64,000 bases of DNA from Octopus sinensis (taxonomy: Eukaryota): the NCBI RefSeq assembly GCF_006345805.1, contig NC_043022.1, positions 4,836,001-4,900,000 on the forward strand. The letters run 5' to 3'. The position numbers and the translations under genes were made by a program. Every line of letters starts with the position of its first letter. Position 1 is the stretch's first letter. Of the stretch, positions 1 to 14,589 are shown one piece after another. Below the pieces are notes generated by a model. That model saw only the letters and a list, made by a program, of their open reading frames with translations, had not been told where the DNA came from and did not search any database.

Positions 1-188
1 AGAAAATGCAAGAGAATCAGTTAATTATGATTTTATTGAAGAGATTTCCTACTCAGATTCACACACTTATTGCAGCGGTCCTTCAGTTTTTCTAAGCTCT
101 GTGAAAGAACTCAGGAGGTTGGGCTTCCAACCAAGTGAAAAGCAGGACCTTTTCCTTAAAACCAGGAACTTTCCAGCACCCACCCATA
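1..188 (+). mobile_element. Mariner-type MITE, truncated by the window start (same family as 3033-3262 and 50717-50935)
   Basis: Shares 'atcagttaattatgattttatt...tcagattcacacacttattgcag' and the right TIR 'aaccaggaactttccagcaccc' with the two complete copies. An inverted left-end fragment follows at about 186-255. Confidence 0.7.
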
Positions 189-249
189 TGTTGAATAGAA
201 TCATAATTAACTGATTCTCCTTTATTTTCTTCAACTCAGAGCCAGGAAC

Positions 250-837
250 TTTTCGGAATGCTCACAGCAGCCATATTCCTACCACTCTATGTCACGCTGG
301 TGAGACCCATCTTGGAGTACGGGATTCAAGCCTCTTCTCCTTATCTCCTCAAAGACATACATCATCTCGAAAGAGTCCAGAAGCTGGTTACCCGCATGGT
401 TCTTGGTCTCAAGCATTTGTCTTATGAAGAAAGGCTGAAGAAGCTCGACCTTTATTCTCTAGAAAAACGACGACGCCGTGATGATCTCATTCTTGCTCAC
501 AACATCATAAGCGGAAAGTGTAACCTCTCGAAAGAGCTGTTCTTCTCTCCTGCTCCAGAGCGTCGGCTGCGGGGTCACTCTGAAAAACTCTATCTGCGAC
601 GATTTCATTTCAATCAAAGGAGAGGGGCTTTCTCCATCCGGGTTGCGGATCCGTGGAATAAGCTGCCGGACGAGATAGTGAAGATGCCGACGACCGCTCA
701 GTTCAAAGTCTCTCTTGACCAGAAATGGCCTGAACTCTTTGCATGAACACCCTCCCTGTACATAACTCTATGTCCCCCTACATGGTCTTGCTTTTTGCTT
801 TTTGAGCCAAAAAATTAACTTAACTTAACTTAACTTA
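250..837 (+). mobile_element. 5'-truncated CR1/L2-clade LINE (RT C-terminus, 3'UTR, (TTAAC)n tail)
   Basis: ORF 258-746 reads LYVTLVRPILEYG...LERVQK...SYEERL...RRRR.DLI...RVADPWNKLP, typical of the CR1 ORF2 C-terminus. Tail is ttaacttaacttaac. Confidence 0.9.
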
Positions 838-1599
838 GCACCATGTCGTACAACGGTGAGATAGTGATTCAGGAAAATTATCCAAGTGGAGGTCTTGCAA
901 GCCACATTTTTGCATTCAGCATTTGAAAGGATAAATAATACACCTGATGCTGTGAGTCCCAACTGCTTGAGATAGGTTACTCAACCCCTTTGAAGGAAGG
1001 TCAAATAAGTGGGAGGTGCGATGTTAAAAGCCCCGAAACCTGGAAACCTTTATGACCTTTGCTCCCACCCCACCCCCAGGAATTCCACCAATAGTGAATT
1101 CCAGGCCATCCATGAGTTGTCTGGTGGAACTACCATAATAACGATAATTGGAATAATATTCGGTAATTACGAAATAATTAAAATATGAAATAGAAGAATT
1201 TTTATTATTATTATTTCAGAAGAATCAGAATTTATTTGCTGCCAAGAGACACAAAGCCGAATAAATATAAATAAAAATGGAAAAAAATGATAAATAAGTA
1301 ATAAATAAATTTATATATTTAATAAAAAAAAAAAAACAAAAGCCAAAGAATTCTGCAAAAATATAATAAAATGAGATAAAATAAAATTTATCAGGATAAA
1401 TTGAGTGAAAAAATATTGAAGAGGTTCTGCGTCTTTTGTGTCTCCGTTATTAAAGAGAATCATGGCTTGATTTTTGTGATTAAATTGAATGAACAACTCT
1501 TTTCATTGTACTGTATTGTTGTTGTTGTTGTTGCATTTCTTTTTTTTTTTTACCCAATTATATTTTTTTGTTTTGTATGTGTTTTCTTTTAGCAGTTGA

Positions 1600-1790
1600 A
1601 TTTATTGTTGTTGTTGCTGTTGTTTGTTTGCTTTCTGCTATTTGCTTTGTGTGTGTGTGTGTGTGTGTGTTTGTGTGTGTGTGTATTTGTGTGTGTGTGT
1701 GTGTGTTTGTGTGTGTATGTGTGTGTGTTGGTGTTTGTGTGTGTGTGGTGTGTGTGTGTGTGGTGTTTGTGTGTGTGTGTGTGTTTGTGT
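1600..1790. repeat. Imperfect (GT)n microsatellite
   Basis: Directly visible; source of the Cys/Val ORFs. Confidence 0.95.
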
Positions 1791-1983
1791 TTACACTTTC
1801 TCGCTCCTACTGCAAAAATGTCTCCTCTTCTTCTTTGTGAGATATTTTTGTAAATATTGAATATCTCTCACCATTTCCAAAGAATTCCAGTTTGTCTCTG
1901 TTGTAGCAGCAACAATCAGGAAAGAAGAAGAAGAAGAAGAAGAAACCAAAGGAAGAGGAGGAGGAGAGTGACCTGATATGGAT

Positions 1984-2455
1984 TCTACCTTCTCTACAAA
2001 TGACACTTGGCCTCATGGAACAATTTGTAAAAGCTTTGCTGCAGAATGGTAAGTGCTTCAGGTATTTACATGGCAAGGTACCTGCTCTCTCAGACCCTCT
2101 CAAAGTTGGACAGGGTGTATTTACGGGACCAGATGTCAGGAAACTTGTCAAGGATGGACATTTTGAAGATTCTCTCTGTAAAAAAATGTGTGGATTAGTT
2201 ACAAAGATGTGATGAAGAACTTCTTGGGTCATCACAAGGAGCCAAAATGCAAAGACAAGGTAGGGAGGATGTTGGAAAATACCGAGTCCTTAGAATGAGC
2301 ATTAAAGTCCATTTCCTACATGCCCATTTGGATTTTGGATTTCTTTCTGGAAAATCTGGGGTATGTGAGTGAGGAACACGGGGAAAGGTTTCGTCAAGAC
2401 ATAAAGGAGATGGAAAGAAGATGACAGGGAAGATGGAATGTCAATGCTGGCAGAA
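1984..2455 (+). pseudogene. Degenerate DNA transposase fragment, Chapaev3/CMC-like
   Basis: Frameshifted LPSLQMTLGLMEQFVKAL...FTGPDVRKL...VMKNFLG...MSIKVHFLHAHLD...ENLGYVSEEHGERFRQDIKEMERR*QGRWN. The superfamily assignment is from memory of this motif set. Confidence 0.7.
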
Positions 2456-2501
2456 TCGTTAGCACGTCGGGCGAAATGCTTGTAAAATAAACACTTGTAA
2501 A

Positions 2502-2935
2502 CAGTGCTGGATTAACCATTAAGCAGAGTAAGCATGTGCTTAGGACATCAAGAGAAGGAGCAAGGGGCACCACAGAAATGGTAAATGGTTCACGGCACAA
2601 AAGAAATCACTTGAAACTTGCTAAAATAATATTTGGGATGCCTTTATCTCTACTAAGTATAGATGCAGATGTGTTACCTAAGATTAATTTTGAGGATCTG
2701 ATCAAAGACTTTGCAATTAACAAAAAGGTAGGAGAAAACTTTTCAAATATAAATAAAGTGGAAAAAATACAAAAATAAACATTATTTTCCTTTCTTACTG
2801 TTTTGTTTCGTTTTGAAAAATAAAAATTAATTTTATGGTTTGTTATTGTTTATATTTTGAATAACATAATCTTTTATGGGGGGCACCAAAATCTTCTAAG
2901 TGCTTAGGGCCTCGATGGGTCTTAATCTGGCCCTT
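2502..2935 (+). mobile_element. Non-autonomous hAT element
   Basis: Termini cagtgctggattaa / ttaatctggccct; 8-bp TSD cttgtaaa / cttgtaat; internal LLSIDADVLPKINFEDLIKDFA resembles the end of the hAT dimerization domain. Confidence 0.8.
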
Positions 2936-3032
2936 CTTGTAATCACAAAATAAGCACTTGTAAAAATGATTAGTTCCTATGTGTGTTTTTACCATTGGAG
3001 TTATTTGGAACCCAGCATTTGGGTGTTCAATA

Positions 3033-3262
3033 TAGATGAGAGGCTGCTGAAAAGGTCCTGGCTTTGGGGCAAAAGAAAATACAGGATGGGGATCAGTTAA
3101 TTATGATTTTATTCAACATATTCCCCCCCTCTCAGATTCACACACTTATTGCAGGGGTCATTCAGTTTCTCTAAGCCCTGGAAAAGAACTTGGAAGATTG
3201 AGCCACCAACCAGGCCTTTTGTGATACCTTTAAAGCCAGGAACTTTTCAGCACCCCCTTGTA
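3033..3262 (+). mobile_element. Mariner-type MITE
   Basis: About 28-bp TIRs (gaggctgctgaaaaggtcctggcttt / aaagccaggaacttttcagcacccccttg) with TA flanks; three copies in the window. Confidence 0.8.
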
Positions 3263-3698
3263 TACATACATATATATATATAAATTTATAATTATATATA
3301 AAAATATATAATCATAATGAAGGATGATATTGTTATTGTTATTAGAGCTGTCTCATAGCGACGAAAATATTTTGACAAATTAAACTTAAATGTTGAAGTG
3401 AATCGAGCAGCTTTTGTGTGTTTCTTAAATGGCTTATAAACACCTTCCATGCTGCAATTGTTTTCGTTCGAGCACACGATCTCAGATCAAATCACTTGCT
3501 ATGCGAGTACATCTCCGTAATTGTTATTATTATTTTATGATAATAATTAAATCCTTATATTATATATATATGTGTGTGTAGGGTACGGATGGTATTCGAG
3601 GACAGATTTATGGCTTTTAAAAACACTTATATAACAGAAAAAACTGTATTTTTATAAAAATAATATAAACATAAAACTAAATTATCGATTTAATAATT

Positions 3699-4875
3699 TC
3701 ATTCAATAAAACCACCATAAGCATCAATAACTGCCTTTACGTGGGGTTGAAATCCTTTACAAGCTCAGATTATGTGGGCCCTTGTTCATATCGGACATGA
3801 CTTCAACTATGGCGGCTTTCAAAGAATCTTTGGTGCTATGGGGGTGTTTATTGGCATTTTTCTCAACGATGCACCATACATAATAATCCAGTGAATTGAG
3901 ATCTGGAGAATTAGGGGGCCAAATGTTGGGGGTGTGATGTGATCGTGCAAATTGTTGGTATTCGTTCTTGTGTCAGTTGAGCCTTAGTTAGTTAGTTAGT
4001 TAATTTGGCTCAAAAGCAAATAGCAAGGCCATGTAGGGGGACATGGAGTTAAGTACAGGGTGGTGTTCATGTAAAGAGTTCAAGCCACTTGAGGTCAAGG
4101 GAGGCTTTGAACAAAGCGGTCGTCGGCATCTTCACCATCTCGTCTGGCAGCTTGTTCCACGGATCCGCAACCCGGACGGAGAAAGCTCCTCTCCTTCGAT
4201 TGAGATGAAATCGTCGCAGGTAGAGCTTTTCGGAATGACCCCGCAGCCAACGCTCTGGAGCAGGAGTGAAGAACAGCTCTTTTGAGAGGTTACACTTTCC
4301 GCTTATGATGTTGTGGGCGAGAATGAGATCACCACGGCGGCGGCGTTTTTCAAGAGAATAAAGGTCGAGCGTCCTCAGCCTTTCTTCATAGGACAAATTT
4401 TTGAGACCAAGAACCATGCGGGTAGCCAGCTTCTGGACTCTTTCGAGATGCTGTATGTCTTTGAGGAGATAAGGAGAAGAGGCTTGAATCCCGTACTCCA
4501 ATATGGGTCTCACCAGCGTGACATAGAGTGGTAGGAATATGGCTGCTGTGAGCATTCCGAATGACCGTCGAATCAAGAACAGAATTCCGCGTGCTTTGTT
4601 GGCAGCATGGACGCACTGGGCCGAAGGCGAAAAGTGTGATGGTGCAGAATCTTGTTGAAAGACTTAAATCCTTCCATTGCATACACTGTTGATCCAAGGC
4701 TTAACAACTTTATCCAGAACCTTAATATATGCAATAGCATTTACCCCAAGGCCTTGTGGAAAAAAGTGAAGAGGCATCGCATGTCCTTCAAAACCATGAC
4801 ATTTGCAGGAAAATTTGTGTGCATTACTCTTGGAACCTCAGATGGGTCTGCACATAGCCATCTGTCACTTCGTCT
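3699..4875 (-). pseudogene. Tc1/mariner DD37D (maT-like) transposase remnant interrupted by a LINE
   Basis: Minus-strand translation DRWLCADPSEVPRVMHTNFPANVMVL...HFFPQGLGVNAIAYIKVLDKVVKPWINSVCNGR*VFQQDSAPSH [LINE] AQLTQE...NNLHDHITPNIWPPNSPDLNSLDYYVW...VIDAYGGFIE*. About 37 residues separate the 2nd and 3rd catalytic Asp after correcting frameshifts. Confidence 0.85.
3984..4633 (-). mobile_element. CR1/L2-clade LINE, 5'-truncated, second copy of the family at 250-837
   Basis: ORF 4067-4576 is highly similar to 258-746 and extends upstream as SAQCVHAANKARGILFLIRRSFGM; (TAAC)n tail. Confidence 0.9.
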
Positions 4876-5349
4876 GCTACATATGAAGTAAAAGTAACTC
4901 TAGTATCATAAATATTGTTAAATACATATACTAATGTATATGCTTTGTACATTTTCCGGGGATTGCTATGGCGTAGCGGAGTATATAACTTTTATGTCGC
5001 CTTAAGGCCACGGACAGGTGAGATAACTCACCCTCAATCTTATTTGGGAGTGATGGACATTGAGGTTTCACCATTCTTGTGGCTTATCAACACCACCTAC
5101 CCGCCTGGGTTGGAGGCAGATCAGCTAGCCACTCCAATGACTTATATGCTCATGGCTTGTAAAATCATGAGCTGGTATGCCTGGAAATTGCATACTTAAA
5201 AGAAAATTTACTTCTGAAGTAAAAGCAGCCACCAGGAAATACACAAAGTTTTATACAGAAGTCTTTGTATTTAACAATATTTATTCTACTACAGCTGGTT
5301 TTACTTCAAATGTGAATTTTCTCTTAGGTATACAATATTTGTAAATATT

Positions 5350-5380
<31 letters not shown>

Positions 5381-5836
5381 AATAATAATTTATTAATTAC
5401 ACTCTATTCTCCCATCTTATTTAAATATATATATATATATATATCATCATCATCGTTTAACGTCCGTTCTCCATGCTAGCATGGGTTGGACGGTTCGACC
5501 GGGGATCTGAGAAGCCAGGAGGCTGCACCAGGCTCCAGTCTTATCTGGCAATGTTTCTACAGCTGGATGCCCTTCCTAATGCCAACCACTCCGTGAGTGT
5601 AGTGGGTGCTTTTTACGTGCCACCTGCACAGGTGCCAGGCGAGGCTGGCAACGGCCATGGTTGGATTGGTGTATTTTATGTGCCACCGGCACGGAAGCCA
5701 GTCGAGGCGGCGCTGGCATCGGCCATGAAAATAGTAATGCAATACAAGAGTATTGCTTTCCAGTAAAGGATAGCCCGTGAGGGTAAAATTATACATAAAA
5801 GTAAATATCGGTGCTTCGTTGTACCATTTATTTACT

Positions 5837-5867
<31 letters not shown>

Positions 5868-6320
5868 AATAATAATTTATTAATTACACTCTATTCTCCC
5901 ATCTTATTTAAATATATATATATATATCATCATCATCGTTTAACGTCCGTTCTCCATGCTAGCATGGGTTGGACGGTTCGACCGGGGATCTGAGAAGCCA
6001 GGAGGCTGCACCAGGCTCCAGTCTTATCTGGCAATGTTTCTACAGCTGGATGCCCTTCCTAATGCCAACCACTCCGTGAGTGTAGTGGGTGCTTTTTACG
6101 TGCCACCTGCACAGGTGCCAGGCGAGGCTGGCAACGGCCATGGTTGGATTGGTGTATTTTATGTGCCACCGGCACGGAAGCCAGTCGAGGCGGCGCTGGC
6201 ATCGGCCATGAAAATAGTAATGCAATACAAGAGTATTGCTTTCCAGTAAAGGATAGCCCGTGAGGGTAAAATTATACATAAAAGTAAATATCGGTGCTTC
6301 GTTGTACCATTTATTTACTT
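5350..6320. repeat. Near-perfect tandem duplication, 2 x ~485 bp, each unit carrying a GAT-tailed SINE-like fragment
   Basis: Identical ORFs at 5473 and 5956 (offset 483); junctions fall in (TA)n. Confidence 0.95.
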
Positions 6321-6734
6321 TTATGTATATATATATATATATATAAATAAGATGGAAGAATAGAGTGTAATTAATAAATTATTATTTATTAATGAAAAAA
6401 ATTGACAAACATCCCTTATAGCTGTTTCAGTTCAGAGCCTCAGAAAATTAATTAATTAAATTAAAAATTATTTGAAAGTCGAATCTCTTGAGAGGTAGAT
6501 AAAGATGTACAAAATAGGTGTTCAATACCTGCATGTTGAGTAAACGGCTGAAAATCATAAACTGATAAGATTTATACAAAAAGAACATAATATACAAATG
6601 GTGGAGCCCTTAGAAGGGGAGTAAGGTTCTATATAAAGGAGTTGTAAACCAGTACTTCGTAATTAATCAGTAGTTTCATAAGATTTTGCTATCCCTGAAT
6701 GAGGTTTGTAACCTTTAGTTGTGCTTATATATTG

Positions 6735-7110
6735 TCATCATCATCATCATCGTTTAATGTCTGCTTTCCATGCTGGCATGGGTTGAACGGTTTGACTGAG
6801 GGCTGGTGAGCCAGAAGGCTGCACCAGTTTCCAATCTGGTCTGGCAAAATTTCTACAGATGAATGCCCTTCCTAAAGCCAACCACTCCGAAAGTGTAGTG
6901 GGTGCTTTTACATGCCACCAGCATGAGGGCCAGTAAGTCGGTACTGATATATATATATCATCATCATCATCATCATTTAGCGTCCATTTTCCATTCTAGC
7001 ATGGGTTGGACGGTTCAACTGGGGTCTGTGAAGCCGGAAGGCTTCATCAGGCCCAGTCAGATTTGGCAGTGTTTCTACGGCTGGATGCCCTTCCTAACGC
7101 CAACCACTCC
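6735..7110 (-). mobile_element. Two GAT-tailed SINE-like (family D) 3' fragments
   Basis: catcatcatcgtttaa...ccatgct(a/g)gcatgggttg...ggatgcccttcctaa motifs shared with many copies in the window. Confidence 0.8.
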
Positions 7111-7212
7111 GTATATAAATAATCAGAAAATAGAGAGAACCTTAGATTAACAAACACATCGATTGGACCACATTTATAGCTTATATTTTAATACAAAGCA
7201 TGACATAACAAA

Positions 7213-7326
7213 TCTTACGACCGTTTCCACATCCGTTGCCAAACACTGTCTAAAAATAATTACAAAAATAAAATTCTTCATCTTCATAGGACATTCGAAT
7301 TAAGGCAACGGAGCTTCATCAGAGTA
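7213..7326 (-). ncRNA. Hammerhead-ribozyme-like motif with a 63-nt loop II
   Basis: Minus strand CTGATGA-agc-tccgttgcc[63 nt]ggcaacgga-tgtg-GAAAC-ggtc-GTA-aga; the 9-bp stem II segment is perfect, stem I is weak. Confidence 0.45.
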
Positions 7327-7479
7327 AAAAACAAGAGCATCCAAAGTAAACAAAGGAATAAGAAAGAAAAGATGGCCTAGAAAAGGAGTCAAAAAGTCCA
7401 ATATATTAAAAGCATAAAATCTACCATCTTGGGGTTATGAGGTCTGTAGGTAAAAGAGTGAACTAGTAATGGTCTAGGG

Positions 7480-7680
7480 CAGTGGTTTTCAACCAGGGTT
7501 CCGCCAGTGCGGTCCAGGGGTTCCGCAAGAAGTTACAAAACTGCTAAAATCGGCAGTAATTTTAAATTTTCTTGTGCAGATATGTGTGCATAAGACTGTT
7601 AAATTATTGCACAGGAGTTCCTCGAGCCAGTGGAATGTTTCCTTGGGGTTCCGCTCCAGCAAAAAGTTTGAAAAGCACTG
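7480..7680 (+). mobile_element. hAT (Charlie-like) MITE
   Basis: TIRs cagtggttttcaacc / gtttgaaaagcactg; perfect 8-bp TSD gtctaggg on both sides. Confidence 0.9.
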
Positions 7681-7890
7681 GTCTAGGGAATACTACAATT
7701 TATTTACAACAGGCTTCTTTCAGTTTCTGTCTACCAAATCGACCCACATGGTTTTGGTCGGCCCATGGCTATAGTAGAAGAAACTTGCTCAAGATGTCGC
7801 ACAGTGGGACTGAACCCAGAAGCATGTGGTTGGGAAGCAAGTTTCTTGCCGCACAACCACACCTGTACTTATTTTATACATATGTATATA

Positions 7891-8285
7891 GGCGCAGGAG
7901 TGACTGTGTGGTAAATAGCTTGTTTACCAACCACATGGTTCCGGGTTCAGTCCCACTGCGTGGCACCTTGGGCAAGTGTCTTCTACTATAGCCTCGGGCC
8001 GACCAAAGCCTTGTGAGTAGATTTGGTAGACAGAAACTGAAAGAAGCCCGTCGTATATATGTATATATATATGTGTGTGTGTGTCTGTGTTTGTCCCCCT
8101 AGCATTGCTTGACAACCGATGCTGGTGTGTTTATGTCCCCGTTACTTAGCGGTTCGGCAAAAGAGACCGATAGAATAAGTACTGGGCTTACAAAAGAATA
8201 AGTCCCGGGTCGAGTTGCTCGATTAAAGGCGGTGCTCCAGCATGGCCGCAGTCAAATGACTGAAACAAGTAAAAGAATAAAAGAG
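7891..8285 (+). mobile_element. tRNA-derived SINE family A, full length (octopus OK/OR-type; about 15 copies in the window)
   Basis: Head ggcgcaggagtg(a/g)ctgtgtggtaa...ggttcagtccc with A/B-box-like motifs, central (TA)/(TG) tract, tail gaaacaagtaaaagag. Other copies at about 7708-7865(-), 11199-11577, 17767-18162, 19418-19595, 33446-33590, 34180-34400, 37545-37905, 40070-40440(-), 47145-47415, 51478-51575(-), 52890-53115. Confidence 0.9.
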
Positions 8286-8616
8286 TATATGTGTGTATAC
8301 ATATATATATGTTTTCTTTTTCGCAATGATTCCAGTCCAAATAAAACCAAAGAATACCGCCTGCCGTTACATAGTTAAGGATTTGTAAATCCAATGGAGA
8401 TATTAATATTCTCATCAATATTCCTGTCACCACAGGAGAAGATGGTCCGAGTCTCCTACCCACCCCACCGCCATAATCCCCACACATCGCATGTTTCGTG
8501 TGACATGTTTCCAAGAACAACATCAAGAAACAAAACCCCATAAAACTCTTCGGTAATTATTATTGAAACATAAGAGAAATATGTCATTTGCAGGTAAGTA
8601 AATTGGACAAGGAAAA

Positions 8617-11066
<2,450 letters not shown>

Positions 11067-11303
11067 CCAAAATCTCTCTGTTTCTCTGTCTGTCTGTCTG
11101 TCTGTCTCCCACATGTACATACATTCTCACTCTCTCTCTCTCTCTCTCACACACACAGACGCACACAAAAGCTTGCAAATATAAATTTAGATAACAAGTG
11201 GCACCTTGGGCAAGTGTCTTCTACTATAGCCCCGGGCCGACCAAAGCCTTGTGAGTGGATTTGGTAGACGGAAACTGAAAGAAGCCCGTCGTATATATAT
11301 ATG

Positions 11304-11354
<51 letters not shown>

Positions 11355-11749
11355 CATGTGTGTTTGTGTGTCTGTGTTTGTCCCCCCCCCCACCATCGCT
11401 TGACAACCGATGCTGGTGTGTTTACGTCCCCGTCACTTAGCGGTTCGGCAAAAGAGACCGATGGAATAAGTACTGGGCTTACAAAGAATAAGTCCCGGGG
11501 TCGAGTTGCTCAACTAAAAGCGGTGCTCCAGCATGGCCGCAGTCAAATGACTGAAACAAGTAAAAGAGTAAAGAGTATACCAAAGTCTCTCTGTTTCTCT
11601 CTCTCTCACATGTACACACATTCTCTCTCTATCTCTCACTCTCTCATACACACACAGACACACACAAAAGCTTGCAAATATAAATTTAGATAACTAAACA
11701 TAAAATCCCCAACTATTTATCTTATACATACTGGCACAACGTTGGGTAC

Positions 11750-12275
11750 GATAACGAGGGTTCCAGTTAATCCGATCACCAGAACATTCTGCTCATGAAA
11801 TTAACTTGCAAGTGGCTGAGTACTCCACAGACACGAGTGCCCTTAATGTAGTTCTCTTGGGGAGATTCAGGGTGACACAGAATGTGACAAGGCCGGACCC
11901 TTTTGAATTACAAGTATGACTCATTTATGCCAGCTGAGTGGACTGGAGCAATAAAGTGAAATAAAGTGTCTTGCTCAAGGACACAACCCACTGCCGGGAA
12001 TTGAACTCATGGCTTTGACCACTAAGCCAGGTGCCTTTGGTAACTCCATCAGTTATATGATCAATGGAAGAGCCTGCTTGTGAAATGAATTTGCAAGTGG
12101 CTGAGTACTCCACAGACATCCACACTCTTAACATAGCTCTTAGGGAGATTCAGCATGACACCGAAAGTGACAAGGCTGGCCCTTTGGAATTACAGGTACA
12201 ATTCATTTTAGCCAGCCGAGTGAACTGGAACAATGTGGAATAAAGTGTCTTGCTCAAGGACACAACACACTGTGC
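11750..12275 (-). mobile_element. Two diverged SINE copies with the family-B type 3' half and a 'gtgtcttgctcaaggacacaac' core
   Basis: gcaagtggctgagtactccacagacac...tgacaaggc(c/t)gg shared with 29168-29550 and 34733-35112. Confidence 0.7.
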
Positions 12276-12959
12276 CTGGGAGGGTACCTTTCTAGGTGCA
12301 ATCCCATGGTCATTCATAACCGAAGGGGATCTCAGATACACACACACACACACACACACACACACTGTAGTTTTGCCACTGAACAGGTCGCAGTTTCAAA
12401 GCAATGAAAATATTCTGACACAAATGAAATTTAAATGTTGAAGCAAATCTAACGGTTTTTGTGTGTTCTTGACTGGCTTACAAACTGCAATTGCTTTTAT
12501 TTCACCACATGATCTCAAATCAAGTCACTAGCTATGCAAGTACATCTCCGTATATATGTATATATAAAACTATGTGTATATAAATATAAACAAACCAACT
12601 TTGGTTTTTTATAAGTGTTGAAACTGTGTATTTTACAATACACACAAGAACACACAAATAAGAAATTTTCAAATACAGAATTGCTTTTCGAACAGCAGAA
12701 ATACTGTGTGAATTACCTTTACAAATTGTCAGCAAACATCCATGGGACGGGCTACTCAACCTGAAGAAAATTCTAACCAGGCCCTACCCGCTAGGTCATG
12801 TGCTGTTTATTTTGATATGAGGTCACCATGTCACACCCATATTGTTTGATACGTGTGCCTAGTGTACCGTAATTGGACAGGTAGTTATGATGGGTATATT
12901 GGGTGCTGTATATCTGTACCTCATTGTCACTTTGATGGTATGCACTGCTCTCTACCTGA

Positions 12960-13700
12960 ATAATAATAATAATAATAATATAATAATAATAATAATAATA
13001 ATAAAATGCCCTGATGCAGTGCCAGGTAGTGGCTCTCATGGTTTCTGATCTTAACTGATTGGAAATGTTATCATGTACATTGTTTTGTCTTGGCATAAAA
13101 GATGGGCTACAGCAAATATTCTGCTCAGTACCACAGGTTTGCTTGACAATTGTTTGACCTTAACCAGTTGAGCATGTCCCTTAGTGGCTGATGATATGTG
13201 CATCTCTGATCACGAGCAGAAGTAGTGGGGGAGCATCATAGCCATGTGCTGAGAGGAATTCTTTGGGGTTTGGATAATTCACCTCTGGAAACATGGGTGT
13301 TTTGTTCAACATCCTTAAACAATCATTAAGAAGGGTGATATGCCACTAAGCATTTTGCCTAGTGTGCTAATGATGATGATGATGATGATAATAATAATAA
13401 TGATAATAATAATAATCAGACCAAGCCTGAGTCAAGTCAAATAATAATGATAATAGTAATAATAATAATCCTTTTTACTGAAGGCACTAGGCCTGAAATT
13501 TGGGGGAAGGGATTAAGTAATCACGTCGACCCCAGTGCGTAACTGGTACTCTTTTAATTGACCCTGAAAGGATGAAAGCAAAGTTGGGCTCAGCAGAATT
13601 TGAACTTAGACCGTAGCAACAGGCGAAATACCGCTTAGCATTTAGCCCAGCATCCTAACGATTCTGCCAGTTCACTACCCTAATAATAATAATAATAATA

Positions 13701-13741
<41 letters not shown>

Positions 13742-14417
13742 TGCCCTGATGCAGTGCCAGGTAGTGGCTCTCATGGTTTCTGATCTTAACTGATTGGAAA
13801 TGTTATCATGTACATTGTTTTGTCTTGGCATAAAAGATGGGCTACAGCAAATATTCTGCTCAGTACCACAGGTTTGCTTGACAATTGTTTGACCTTAACC
13901 AGTTGAGCATGTCCCTTAGTGGCTGATGATATGTGCATCTCTGATCACGAGCAGAAGTAGTGGGGGAGCATCATAGCCATGTGCTGAGAGGAATTCTTTG
14001 GGGTTTGGATAATTCACCTCTGGAAACATGGGTGTTTTGTTCAACATCCTTAAACAATCATTAAGAAGGGTGATATGCCACTAAGCATTTTGCCCAGTGT
14101 GCTAATGATGATGATGATGATGATGATAATAATAATAATGATAATAATAATAATCAGACCAAGCCTGAGTCAAGTCAAATAATAATGATAATAGTAATAA
14201 TAATAATCCTTTTTACTGAAGGCACTAGGCCTGAATTTGGGGGAAGGGATTAAGTAATCACGTCGACCCCAGTGCGTAACTGGTACTCTTTTAATTGACC
14301 CTGAAAGGATGAAAGCAAAGTTGGGCTCAGCAGAATTTGAACTTAGACCGTAGCAACAGGCGAAATACCGCTTAGCATTTAGCCCAGCATCCTAACGATT
14401 CTGCCAGTTCACTACCC

Positions 14418-14457
<40 letters not shown>
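12960..14457. repeat. Near-perfect tandem duplication, 2 x ~735 bp (retroposon tail plus SINE C fragment)
   Basis: atgccctgatgcagtgcc at 13006 and 13741; the same interruption pattern in (TAA)n is seen at both junctions. Confidence 0.95.
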
Positions 14458-14459
<2 letters not shown>

Positions 14460-14589
14460 AGAATAAGATAGAAGATAAAAAATAAGAAGAAGAATGAAAA
14501 GAAGAAGGTAGAGAGCAATGACGAAAAAGGATGTGAAGAGCTGATGTCTGAATCTGTGCAATAATTGCTAAGTGATTAGCCGGACATAA

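Noticed and set aside
5473-5766. Repeated '[12 protein letters not shown]...' ORFs (5473, 5956, 31319, 32539, 53165, 59318)
   Set aside because: They are antisense readings of the family D repeat 3' end, not a gene family.
7891-7970. tRNA-like sequences at SINE heads (families A, B, C)
   Set aside because: They have A/B-box-like motifs but no complete cloverleaf, and they continue into SINE bodies, so they are not tRNA genes.
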